DNA of 64,000 nucleotides. Source: Entomortierella parvispora E1425 (Eukaryota > Fungi > Mortierellomycota). Position numbers and translations under genes: made by a program. The notes beneath the pieces were generated by a model. It had not been told where the DNA came from. It did no database searches and saw only the letters and a list, made by a program, of their open reading frames with translations. The DNA lies in NCBI GenBank assembly GCA_020891255.1, contig BQFW01000013.1, positions 2,356,001 to 2,420,000 of the forward strand, read 5' to 3'. This document shows positions 47,601 to 59,002 of this stretch, in pieces; within the stretch, counting starts at the first letter, position 1, and every line of letters starts with the position of its first letter.

Positions 47601-48709
47601 GGCTGGCTCGGGCGGCTTCCATTATATCTGCATCATTTTTTCTCTTGCTGGTCTTCCCGTTCTGAATTTTTTGACGGCGACCTCAACATCGCCTTTCCCC
47701 ACTTTCCTCAAGTTCCATGTACTATGCATGACAAATATGATGTTAGGGACCTGGGAATCGTTCAATAGGTTCATTTGCCTATGCCAGTAATACTTACCAC
47801 TTTCCGAGGAAGCACCTTTCTGCATCCTCAAGATCAAATCCAATCTTGTCTTTTCTGTGGATTTGGTGACTTTGCTCCAGGACAATACTTTGCCAGTGGT
47901 GCTCCTTGCGTCGACGGTAGACCGGCTGACTGGGCGGTGACTGGTGGTGCGACAACTGAGGGCACAAATACGGATAGCGTGGAGACTTATTTAGAGGAGG
48001 TTCCTGGTGGTGCAAGGATTGATGGCGTAGAGACCGATGGCAGTAGCGATTGGATTACCTGCGGCGCAACATTTGAGACAACCAGTGGACAGTAGGTCCG
48101 CATATGTTCAAAGGAATCAGCGACGTGCACTAGTGCGACGACAGGCGCGAGAAATGGCTCTATGACAAGAGTAGAGGCGCGCTTGGAGGCGACGAAGATC
48201 TTGACTTGCAAAAGATGAGCGAGCCTGCGCAAAGGAGCGGTGAAGGCATCAGGCTGATAACGTCATCGGCAGCAGAGTCTTTGAAGCCAAAAGCAGTTTG
48301 TCGGGTGCGGTTCATAATATCAGCAGTGAGGGCGGACAGGGATTTATTGCACTCGTCGACGACGAGCCCAAAATGCTGTTGAAGGACCTTCAGAGTCTTT
48401 TGAACATTTTCCGCCCCTAGAAGAGCGTTGTTTTGATCACGTACGAGAAAGTCCACGCATTGCTGCAACATCAGTGCCCTCTTGAGTCTGCTCAGACAAT
48501 CGGCTATTCGCCTCCTCTACAAAATCATCATCATCGATGAACGAAAGTGTCGTCTGAAAAGGGGAACATGAGTACTGTGTGGACTTGCTGACGATATGAG
48601 CAGGCAATCCAAAGTAAGAGGCAACCAGTGCCTTTTTCGAAGAGGCGCCAGAAACATCCAGCAAACGAATCTCCATGTCCATGTCCATGGAATCTTGGCT
48701 GCTCGACAT
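44660..48709 (-). pseudogene. Decayed multi-exon gene of a large basic/acidic protein family with a RuvC-I-like motif; candidate eukaryotic TnpB/Fanzor-type nuclease remnant
   Basis: Fragments join across introns (47082-47143; ~45427-45516), stops (47150-47152, 45624-45626) and frameshifts (~45250, ~46530-46720). Hydrophobic-strand-GTDPG motif IVLMPGGTDPGVHVLFNTVP (Asp at 44730-44732). RuvC-II, zinc finger and RuvC-III not found. The family assignment rests on my recollection of related fungal proteins. Confidence 0.5.
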
Positions 48710-48758
48710 TGCTCCTTAGGCAATGTCCATAAACTCGGAGATTAGGGATGGGTGTTGA

Positions 48759-48826
48759 GGATGTTAGGGGTGCAGAGAGGATGTTAGGGATGCAGACAGG
48801 ATGTTAGGGATGCAGACAGGATGTTG
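48759..48826. repeat. 20-bp tandem repeat GGATGTTAGGGATGCAGACA x3.4 containing TTAGGG
   Basis: Units at 48759, 48779, 48799 and partial 48819. Confidence 0.9.
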
Positions 48827-49069
48827 AGGTGGGAGAAGAGAGGAAAGAGACGCGCGACTGCGGTTCGTGGCTCTCTGGCGAGTTTACCTGCTGGCCAATC
48901 ATCACCTACTGTGCATGTACTGCACCCCAAATCCGAAAACAGACGGAGTGGAACGCAAAACGGACACCCTTTCCTTGTCCCAAATCCTAAAACAGTCTTT
49001 CTCTCGTCCATCTCATCCCTTTTCTTTTCACATGCGCCTCTTCCTCCCGCCCCTTTGCCTCTTCCTCCC

Positions 49070-49890
49070 GCCCCTTCGCCTCTTCTTGCACCCTGGACAC
49101 CACCTCGCCACCCACCAATTTCACCACTGCATCTGCTCAATGCATCATGGACGAACAATGTGCCTCGGCTGCTGGAAATCCATCCTGCCCAGGAGCCACA
49201 GTCAATGCCAGCACCCCATTCTTGTTCTATCAGTGCACCTCCCTTAATGATTCTTGAGTGCCTCCACTACATTCAGGATCATCCATGCAGCTAGGGAGCT
49301 GCCCGATGGTCATTTTGTAAGGTCGAGTCCATCAGCGAAGATTCCATCAGTCTTTGTCGATACGTAACCAATGCATTTCCTGTCCATGTAAGCAACTTAC
49401 AATCACATTGCATACCTGAATGTCTTGTGCAGCCTGCGCAAGGTAAGATTCAAAACCTGGGTCATTCAGTACTGACGCTCACAGGTTCTCTTGTGATGTG
49501 GAGGAGCAATCTGTAGTAGGAATTTGTGTTTATGGTCTGGGGAGCTGATCTTTTGCGTAACTGACGTGGGTCCTATGGTCTGATGTGCTGCTAACCGGTG
49601 TTGCTCATCTTCTCGGCTTTGTAGGAAAGTAGGACATCGGCGAAATCAACGTTCATAGGCCCTGCATCACCCGGCAAAGGACAGGTTGCCTTCGTGCGTC
49701 TTCTTGAAAAAAGTCTCCAATTTCCGACAAAAGGACAGGGCAGTGGGTGCCTACTACAAAAACATGTGGCAGGTGAAACCTCTTTGCTGCTCGCCACGTC
49801 CGATGGTCGCGGTTAGCAGAGTCGGCTTTCAGAGGTATTGCACACACATCTTTTTTTTTTTTTTTGTTCTGTTGAACTCATTTCCTATTT
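49070..49890. repeat. Second copy of the 12590-13400 dispersed repeat
   Basis: Same orientation, colinear conserved blocks. Confidence 0.8.
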
Positions 49891-50614
49891 TCACGTTTCA
49901 TATCAGATGATCCCTTTGATGTCAGTCTCTGCAGCTTTCCAGTTTCAGGCCAGCATGTTCTCTCAGAAGAGTCATTATATGGAAACTCTTCATTGATGAA
50001 GATTACGGTGAGTGCTTTTTGTTTCCAGTCGATCCTCTAGCAGTTGGAATACTCCTAGTCTCACTTGTCTCCGACGTGTGTTCCACCAGGAGGCAAGAGT
50101 GCTTACATCATTGTGACATTCAGGGTCTTGTCGTCCATGAAGATCAACAAGAAAGCAGGGGACACGGCAGGAATCAAAGGGCTGACTCGAACCATTAAGC
50201 TGGATATAACTGCAAGGGGCGATGCGACTCCTTGGAATGGAATCGGATATAGTTATAGTTGATCGATAGTCTTTTTCTACGAGATTGGCAACTTGGAGGA
50301 CTTGATACTAGGTCCGATTACAATGAGACGCACATCAGGGCGAGATATACAGCTTTTGTAGCAGTGTACTCTTTCTTGGACAACAATAAAATCGCCTTCT
50401 CTTACTTATTGACAAACTGGACTTCAATTACTGAGATACTGTGGCCATCCGCGATTAAAGACTATTGAAAGGTTGGATATCGGACGCGATGGGTGCAGTC
50501 AACGAATGTCGCTATCTCAACAACTGCGGATCTTTCATTATCGCGCTCGAAAGTGAACGATGCACTATTTTTTTTTTCTTTACTTTTTTCTTTCATAAGT
50601 TTTTAACTAGAAAC

Positions 50615-52366
50615 TCAAGGAAACGCCTGGTTCAGTTTCTGTAATTCTCTACTTTCCAGCCCAACTCGATCTCGTCGCAGGGTGACTTGATACGAGTTCC
50701 CCTGCTTAATCAAAGCCCAAGATGGGTACTCGCTCCTTGTCCAGTCAATCTTTCGACTGCCACTACTACCACTACCACCATTCTCCTTAGTGAACTCGCG
50801 CATCTCGGTCGTGTTCTCGATCAACGTGGCCAAGTCGGCCTTGGCCACCGCATCGTTCATGAACATGTCCATGACCACAATCACCACCACGATCAACGTC
50901 AGGATCCCCATAAAGATCAAGGACCACAGCTCAAACTGGATCCCAGGCACAAAACTATAAGGTGTGACCTGAGCCGACACATTCGACCGGAACGGATACA
51001 TGCGGTCCGCAATCTCCTTGGACAGATGCACCATATCCTTTGCAACTTCGTCTATACTTTCGACCCCGGGCGCCCTGGCGGTGATGCCAAGTTCGGTCAA
51101 GGTCGGTGCCAAAGCATTGTAGACATTAAAGATATCGTTCCCCAGATTCCGGAAATCGGATTCATCAAACGACGTGGCATTGCTGCCGGGATTGGTCCAC
51201 ACCGTGAACCGCATCTCGCGGCAAGAGATCATATCCACAGCGACAGACCCATGATCGGTGTTGATGGTATTGGCTTCGTACCCAATACAGTGGACCACAG
51301 TGGTGTTGTCCGTTTTGGGGGTCGCGGTATTGTAGACCAGAGTGGCCTTGTTGGACGCGCGGCGGCCTACCAAGGGAGGCGTCAAGGCAGAAGCATTCAA
51401 AGCCTTGAAAATAGAAGTGTAGACGGGATTGGCCGATCCAATTAAATTCTTGGCGGCCAGAACCAGATCCTCGCCCGTGGTCAGGGTTACCTGGAAGCTT
51501 GCAGTCGTGACCGCGACAAAACCCAAGGCCTTGTCATTGCTCCCAGCAAAGTTGGCTGAAATCTGGGTGGCGGGTCGTTCCGCCAAGTAGGAACCGAACT
51601 TGACATTCGCGGTTGCGACGGCAGGTGGGACTGTGGTGACCAGCTTTGCATTGAAAAACACACGGATGGGAGCATCCAGGACATGACCCAAATCCAAATA
51701 TTGCGAGAGGTTGGCTCTCATGGACATAAGGCTGCAATGGGACGAGGTAGGTTCGCATACGGGGTTTTGATCTGGGTTTGAGAAGGTGAACAACTGCCGA
51801 ATGAGGTAGAATTGTCGAGGGATGATGGGGCTCTCGGGCGAGCAGCTTCCAACGAAACAATCACTGACATCAAAGATGCGACCGGGAGTACTGTTGGCCA
51901 ACACTTGAAATTCGGTTCCCTGGATTTCCGTCTTCTCGTACCAGTTAAAGAGGGAAGTGAGCATGGTCGAGGAGTTAACGCGGACCGCTTGGTTATAGAC
52001 TGGGATGGTGTTATAGGAGGTATTGAAGATAAACGGCACCGTACCTCCGTACTTGAGGCCCATGCTCGACTTGATACCGCTTGTTACAATGATGGAGATG
52101 GATTTACCGGCCAGCGTAAATAGCAGGATAACACTTAAGACACTCGCTCTGTAGCTGATAGAGCGCCTTTTGGCCGCCCAAATTTCATTCACGAGACCGA
52201 CGAGACCGCTAGAGGCGGCAATACGAAGGCGGAGGTCTGAATGATGGGTTCTCTGGATCGCAAAGTTCAAGAGACGACCAACACCAAAGGTGTAGAGACC
52301 ACCAAGAACGGCGCTAATGAGACCAATGATACCCGTATATTGGAATTCTACGAAATATGAGGTCAT
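50615..52366 (-). CDS. Uncharacterised membrane protein (583 aa): 2-3 N-terminal TM segments, large N-glycosylated ectodomain, one C-terminal TM
   Basis: Intact single-exon ORF; hydrophobic segments at aa ~12-36, ~75-98 and ~483-505; many N-x-S/T sequons. Confidence 0.85.
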   Translation of the reverse strand: MTSYFVEFQYTGIIGLISAVLGGLYTFGVGRLLNFAIQRTHHSDLRLRIAASSGLVGLVNEIWAAKRRSISYRASVLSVILLFTLAGKSISIIVTSGIKSSMGLKYGGTVPFIFNTSYNTIPVYNQAVRVNSSTMLTSLFNWYEKTEIQGTEFQVLANSTPGRIFDVSDCFVGSCSPESPIIPRQFYLIRQLFTFSNPDQNPVCEPTSSHCSLMSMRANLSQYLDLGHVLDAPIRVFFNAKLVTTVPPAVATANVKFGSYLAERPATQISANFAGSNDKALGFVAVTTASFQVTLTTGEDLVLAAKNLIGSANPVYTSIFKALNASALTPPLVGRRASNKATLVYNTATPKTDNTTVVHCIGYEANTINTDHGSVAVDMISCREMRFTVWTNPGSNATSFDESDFRNLGNDIFNVYNALAPTLTELGITARAPGVESIDEVAKDMVHLSKEIADRMYPFRSNVSAQVTPYSFVPGIQFELWSLIFMGILTLIVVVIVVMDMFMNDAVAKADLATLIENTTEMREFTKENGGSGSSGSRKIDWTRSEYPSWALIKQGNSYQVTLRRDRVGLESRELQKLNQAFP

Positions 52367-53721
52367 ATCAAGGGAAGCAGAGGAATTGGGAAGGTGTGGA
52401 GGATGAGAGGGGGAGAGCGAGAAGAGACAGTAGTGTTAAAGGTTGAGAGAAAATGACAGAAAAGGCTGGCGAGGGCGAATAGTCCCTACTGCATGGCGAA
52501 GCCCGTTACTGAGGGACCATGAGGCAAATGCACCAGGTAAAGGCGACAGACATCCCGAGGAGGAAATAAAAGGTTCGATGAGCACTTCCAGACCCTCTGT
52601 TCAAAGAGAAAAAAGAGAAATGCGGAGCTGTAATATAGAAAAAAAAAAAAAAAAAGAAAACAATGCACAGCCCAAGCTATCCATGGAGAGGTCCATGGTT
52701 CCTGGTAAGGGTCCATGAGCAAGATAATGGTAATGAGATCTGGTTAAACGTGATAGCACGGTCTAAGATCTCTTGGCAGCCCATGAGATCGAACGGTCCG
52801 TGACACCCTCCAGCCTTCCAGCTGGGTTAAAATCAATCAAGAGCACAAAGCAGCTTTATTTTTCAATCCACTTCTCGTGCTGCCAGCGGAGAACAAACAA
52901 AAGAGGTTGGCACTCTCTGCAATTATTCAAATCTTGCACATGTTGTAAACAGGCAGATGGTTGAAGGTGGTCTTGATGCTCTTCAAGCTCACTCAAACAC
53001 CGAGCACGATTCACCATTAAAATAATAACCATGATGCTTTCCACTGGGTCTCCAACTCGATCCAACTCGATCCAACTCGATTCAACTCGCCGTTACTACA
53101 AATGAAGCCTCCGACTCGTCCCTTCATATAGTGCAAGTCACTGCTGCACTGTTCAAGTCGTCGATCTGAGATCTCCAGAATACGCCTAAACTGAGAGTAG
53201 CCCCTGGGATTGTACATTCTTGTACAGCGATTTAAGAAAGAAAACTCCTTGTGCTGACTATGTGAACGAATATGGCGCAAATCCACACTTTTCTCTTACC
53301 TCGCAGCGGTGACTTTGTGCATCTGAGGCACTGGCAGAGGTGGCTTCTCTCGTCGACCGATGGCAAAAGGGGCGATGGGAGCGTTAGATCGGTGGACCTG
53401 CTGCAGAGCGCCGCGTTTATAGTCCAAACGGCCAAGGGTTGTCGATCCAGATGAGCACCTCAAGCAGTGCTGTTGTCAGGGTGTTGATCACGTACTCCAA
53501 CCTGGCATGTCCATTTGACATCCAAGTCTTCCTGATCAACAAAAGATCCTGAACATCGCACTCCAGAAAATGGAATACAGGCTGCATAGAAGTAAGATAC
53601 TCTTCTGTGGCGTGTTTCGAGGCGCAGACAAAGATCGAGATGAGAGATGTGTTGGAAAGTAAACAGTCGCCTGCCAAAGTACAGCCATATGTTGGCTTGC
53701 AGCCAGTATCCTTCGAGGAAT

Positions 53722-53931
53722 TCAGAGATCCAGTGCTGTATGCAAAACAGCGATCGAAACCTTCCAGAGAGTGAGCTCATCCGTAGTGATAACGTCGAGC
53801 CGAGGGCTCATTTCGGCCTTGATTGCATTCTTGAGCTTGCCGGCAGACTTACTGGACTTAATCTTTACAGGAAACGCGGTTGATTCGACGTCAACAAGAC
53901 AGAGCAGGGTCAGCAAAGTGTTGTCGGACAT
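53722..53931 (-). pseudogene. Solo Crinkler N-terminal domain fragment
   Basis: LTLLCLVDVESTAFPVKI...LKNAIKAE...DELTLWKVSI, followed by a stop; no recognisable effector domain. Confidence 0.7.
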
Positions 53932-54043
53932 TTGTTTGATGAAAAGATTGAAGTCAACCTGGCATTGGCTTTTTGAATTGCATCATGGATGGGAAATGTG
54001 AATTTCTAAGCCACAGGGCCAAAGCACATCTGCCTAGAGTGAT

Positions 54044-54126
54044 GGCAAATGGCAAAAAAAAAAAAAAAAAAAAGGCAAATGGCAAATGGCAAATGGCGAA
54101 ATGGCAATGGCGAAATGGCGAAATGG
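54044..54126. repeat. (AAATGGC)n-like minisatellite interrupted by poly-A
   Basis: ggcaaatggc...ggcgaaatggc reiterations. Confidence 0.85.
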
Positions 54127-56590
54127 GAAAACACGAAACGCCCAACCGGGACGCAGCAAATGCACGAGAAGAAGATTATCTTCTTCTTGACGCAAATGCT
54201 GCAAGCAGAACAGCTTGAAGGCCATGCATTAAAAGAAGATCTGTCTTCCGGCAATCGCGGTTGTAACGTTTGGTCGAGGCACACGACTGGATCGACAGAC
54301 GGACGGAGGACAGACGAGAGAAGGCAGATAGATGGACAGACGGACAGATCCAAGAAAAATTAATCTTTTGGGATATGGGCATGCTCTCTTCTTTGCGTCT
54401 CCCTTCTTTTTTCTTCTTTCGCGCCCTTGCGCCCTTTGCCTTGTCTCTTCTTTTTCTTACGTTCTCCCATCGTCTCATTCTCCATTCTGGCTTTCTCAGA
54501 CTCAGCAGCAGCAGTTATCTCCATCCGACCACCCTTTGTCTAAGCTGGCCCCATCCTACCACGCCCATCCTCGCTGGTCTATCCTCCTTCCCGTGGCAAC
54601 CAGAAGACTCTACAAACTCCTCCTCCTCCTCCTCCTCCTCCTCCTCGCCCCTCAAGAGCCTCTTCCACGGCTACTCCCACGGGCACACCCTTGCGCCTGT
54701 TTGGATGAGGTCTGTTTCTGCCCGGTCTGCCATCGCAGCATCAACAACCATCACCTCGACCAATCTCCTGAAGGATCATTCATACTTTGCTGGCGCGAAG
54801 GAGGTGAGTCATGCTGCCACCAGGAGCATATTGAGAACAAGATATTCATGTAATGCAGCTACTCATCTGTTCAATATGAAACTCCCAATGGTACTGTCAT
54901 CCCTGACACGATTGCCGACTCGACAAAGTGCTTGGAGCTCCCCTGATTGATCCTGCAAAGCCAGATCCACCTCTCAGTGACGTTGACTTTCAGTTATCAT
55001 TTGATTCATTGGGCAACAGAGATAACGGCATAGTGCAACTATCCTGGAAGCGTCGGGATATAAGGATGAATGAGGCGCTTCAAAATAAGTTCAGACAACG
55101 ACGGAAGCCAACCGACAACGCAGGAAGGATTATCGTCGACCTGAAAATCATCATGTAGGTTTTTCTGCTGAGATTTGAACGCCGTGGACCTGATGTTGAT
55201 AATCTAGGAGCCCGCTTCTAGCGTGCAGAACGCGGTCCGCTGAGCGCCCTCTCCACATATCCTGGCTATTCTTTTTTACTAACAAAGTTCATATATCATC
55301 CCTTCATTTCACTAGAATTGCCTGGAGTTCAGAGGAATCAACAGTGCTATTTTATTGAAGCGCGCTCGTAACGCCAGTGGCCGCAAGGGCCCAGAAGAGC
55401 CGGACATGACCCCCTGAGAGTCCAGCAGCTCAAGAATCTGTAGAGTTGGAGCATCGCCAGATCAACCACAGCAATAACAGGAACAGCATTCAAAGATCCC
55501 TCAGTGTTGTGTCAGAGGGGCAAACTCTGCGCAGTATGTCAGTCAGTAGCGGGAATGCTGAGGTATGGCGGCTGCAGCAGCTGGCCCTCAACAGCCGTCA
55601 GACCAGGAATTGATGACGATTGTAGTGATATTCATTAACCCAGTCTTCCCCTGAAAAATGCAGGACTCGGAGAATCCACTCCCCCTGCAGAAACTTTTGA
55701 ACGAACGATTACTACTCTCCGGGGACAGCGTTTTTGATGGTGGCATCCCACGCCAGTCAACCCAAGCTGCTTGAGTTGGCCTATTCAGGATCGATTTTGA
55801 GACACGCGTCGTGAGCGGGAACAAGGGCTGGAAACGAGGAGCGGATATAGCAATCGGACCGTGTCGGAGGGACGCGAAGGAGGCGCGATCACGGGGACGC
55901 AGGCTCTCCGCCAGGGTCCTCAACAATACATGTTCTAGGTATGTGTCAGACATGAACCCTATTGTGTATCCGTGCTGTTTGTCACTGTAATCACGCGCTC
56001 AGTCCGCCCAAAGTTTACGTCCTTCGGCTCAAGAGCTTGCTCATCGGACCAGTGATGTCCAGCCCCGATGCTCTCCTTCCAAAATCTCGTTTTGCATACA
56101 AGAACCTTGATCGGCAGGGCAGACAGGGCTCAAATAAAGAAAAACAACAGAGAGAAAAAAAAAGTTCCGGTTGTGGAGAAAAGCGTCTGAGTACAAATTA
56201 AACTTGGCCGCTTGTGGAGGGGGAGAGAGTTAAACTTGTTTACGTGTGGAGAAAGAAATCTGTCGTTGTCCTGTCGTCTCTTGTTTTCTTCGCCCCTTTC
56301 CCCCACCCGATCAATGGTCCTTGTATCTACGAACAAAGGGTCTTTGTGATCGCTCGCCAGCTTCTTTTACCTGGTTCTCTTGGCTCGAGGCCGACACCAG
56401 ACTCCGACACCATAGCAAAGTTCAACCCCAAAGCTTTGTGGTTGTATGAACAGCTCGTTCGTATAAAAGGTTTCTTCCGCTCACCTCCATTCTTTTTTCC
56501 TCAGACTCGATTCTCAAACCCCCCGCTCCTTACGCCTTACCCCTCCCTTCTTTCTCCCATCTTTTTTTTTTTCTTATTCTTTTTCCAAAA

Positions 56591-57364
56591 ATGATGGCCA
56601 CAGCAGAACTCCTCAGCATCCTCTCGGTGATTGCTTACTTTATCCCCCTTTGCGGGTTCATGGTCCGTTACGCCCGCAGCCTCTGGTCGACCTACCTCTA
56701 CTTTGCGGCCTTTTGTGTCCTGCGAATTGCCTGCTATAGTGTGAGTGCCTACTATACCTCGCCTGCGGTGGAATACCCAAGCATCCGTTACTTGCACTTT
56801 TACATTGCCAAGATCACCCTAAACACGATTGGCGCCATTACCATGATGATCGCGATTGGAGAGCTGTACAAGTCCATCATGCCCAAGATCCACCACCACC
56901 ACAACCATCTCCGGACCAACTTTGAGAAATTTGCTTTTCATCATATTCGGGTCCCCTTCATTCCTTTTGCAGCCTGCTTCATTGCAGGCTGTATCTTGGC
57001 CAGCCCCACGTATTCTCCCGCCAAACAGCACAATGGCGATATCCTGCGCAAGTTCTCGATTGTGGTCCTTTTGGCCATCAACACATTGTTCATGTACATT
57101 GCTTCGACGCATAGCTACAAATACCCTGCGCACAGGAATGCGTTTGTGATCAACTTTACCTCCACTGCTTTCTTCACCGTGGCGGTCATCTACAACATTG
57201 TCATCACCTACAACGTCTCGACTGGCGATTACGTCTGGCCCGCCTTTGCGTTTGCGGTCGTTCCAGAACTCTGCTCGTTGGCGATTCTGTCGGCGGATTT
57301 GCAGACCTACTTCTTGGGCCACAAGAGCGATGAGATCATGACTGATTCGAAGGAACAGGTCTAA
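56591..57364 (+). CDS. Fungal multi-pass (about 7-TM) membrane protein, RTA1/DUF7702-like
   Basis: Intact 257-aa ORF with ~7 hydrophobic segments; AFCVLRIA motif in TM2. Confidence 0.75.
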   Translation: MMATAELLSILSVIAYFIPLCGFMVRYARSLWSTYLYFAAFCVLRIACYSVSAYYTSPAVEYPSIRYLHFYIAKITLNTIGAITMMIAIGELYKSIMPKIHHHHNHLRTNFEKFAFHHIRVPFIPFAACFIAGCILASPTYSPAKQHNGDILRKFSIVVLLAINTLFMYIASTHSYKYPAHRNAFVINFTSTAFFTVAVIYNIVITYNVSTGDYVWPAFAFAVVPELCSLAILSADLQTYFLGHKSDEIMTDSKEQV

Positions 57365-58017
57365 AACGGCAAGGAGCACATAAAAAAAAGCTTTGTCGAT
57401 ATTCTCCTTCCCCTCCAAAACGGGCAGGGATCATCCTCATTTAGGTCGAATATTCATCAGAGTTTTTTTTCCTCGTCTTTGTCTGGGCTCCACTTTACTG
57501 TATATATTGTATACCCTATCTGCTCATTCGATCCTTTCTTTGATTTGCAAGCCACCGCTGTACTTTAACCGATTCTTGGACATCCTCATGTCCGTACAGT
57601 TGCAAGAATAAAAGTAGCCATCATGATGCGTGACAATCTTGACACGTTCTCTTCATCGATTCCATTGATTCAAGTCAATTATTCACCTTCGCCTCGTCGC
57701 CTGCCTTCCCTTCTTTTGATTTCTTTTCATGTCAACTGTTCTGGCCACTGACCGTGAGGTTCTTGTGTCCTCTGTCAACCACATTCGTCCTCGATGTTGG
57801 CTGTACATTTCAGCTTCTGCAAAAAAATCGTAGTCGTTCTTCCAACGCGATTCCCACTGCCCCTCACCCTGCTCCACTGCACTAGATCTTTGTGATTTTT
57901 TCAAGTTCCTACTTTCCTTTCTTTGGATTCTCGTTATGTCTGGACCCCTCCTTGGAACACCATTTTGACACCCCCGCCTTTTTTTTTTCTTTTCTTCTGG
58001 AGTCGTGCCAGTCCCTG

Positions 58018-58215
58018 ATGTCTCCGAGTATTAATTTGTCTGTCCTGCTAATTGCCGTTGTTGCTGTCCTGAACCGTTCCAACAAATGAGTGCTGATACT
58101 TGCGGTGGAAGCGGCCCCAGTCGGGATCGCTCCGGATGGATCAATGACATGTCCGACCACTGACGGAGTTACTGATATCGGCACCGCGACCGCTGATAGA
58201 CTTCAAGCTATTTGA
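58018..58215 (+). pseudogene. Disrupted paralog of the small secreted protein at 60227
   Basis: LLIAVVAVLNRSNK*VLILAVEAAPVG resembles LFVAVVAILDRRENAVSAAPVG; TGA at 58087-58089. Confidence 0.5.
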
Positions 58216-58858
58216 CGTAGACAAGAAGAAGCCCTCCTTCCAATTAGATACCAGTTTTAGGCTTGGTCCAGGCCTAAGTGTATAGCAGATGACAAGCTTA
58301 CCGTTCATATAGTAGGTCGTGGACCCAGGGAATATTAAATCTGTCAGTGTGGAGTCCTTTGATAGTCTCGTCGATCCTTCGCTCGATCTTGGTCTAAAAC
58401 CCCGACGCCTGCCATTTCATAGATTTTTTTGGTTCTCAGGACTGAGCTCAAACGAGTCTGTGTCATCCGTATCCGAGAAGCTGATAGTAATTGGATGGAG
58501 GAGATTATGATTAAATAGTTAAATAAACAGCAATAATGAAGTTCACAACTTCAATCAAACTTACTTGGTGTGGTGGGCTCTGTGGAAGTGGTGGTGGTGG
58601 TGAGGAGGACTCGATCTCGTTCACTTCTTCCGCGTGAGAGCGGGTCTGGCTCCTGGAAGATGCCTGATTTCAACCAAGAAAGTGGAAGGATGAATAAAGA
58701 CGAGAATAAAAACAAAGAATCTAGCGAGAAAAAACAGGCGTTGGTTAACTTACCTCATCTGAAGGTCGCCCTGTGGAACGAAGACACTGGTTGATTGCTC
58801 AGAAGAAACCAAAGCGCCTACGTATCTCCCTCAAAAAACTTGAACTTTGGCATTTTGC

Positions 58859-59002
58859 TTAGCCATTACTTAGAGGCTAAGCTAGATTGATTAGCCATTC
58901 CTTAGAGGCTAAGCTAGATTGATTAGCCATTCCTTAGTGGCTAAGCTAGATCGATTAGCCATTCCTTAGAGGCTAAGCTAGATTAATTAGCCATTCCTTA
59001 GA
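58859..59002. repeat. 32-bp tandem repeat x4.5 with an internal stem-loop
   Basis: TTAGCCATTCCTTAGAGGCTAAGCTAGATTGA at 58859, 58891, 58923, 58955 and partial 58987; TTAGCC/GGCTAA pair. Confidence 0.95.

Noticed and set aside
50687-51445. 252-aa + strand ORF; also the minus ORF 56819-57418
   Set aside because: Antisense shadows of well-supported genes.
54270-55953. Possible degenerate genes (+ strand 54540-55420; F-box-like start at 55953 on the minus strand)
   Set aside because: Fragmentary, interrupted by stops and simple repeats; could not support a family call.
58859-59002. CRISPR-like array
   Set aside because: The 32-bp units are contiguous with no unique spacers, there are no cas genes, and the context is eukaryotic.
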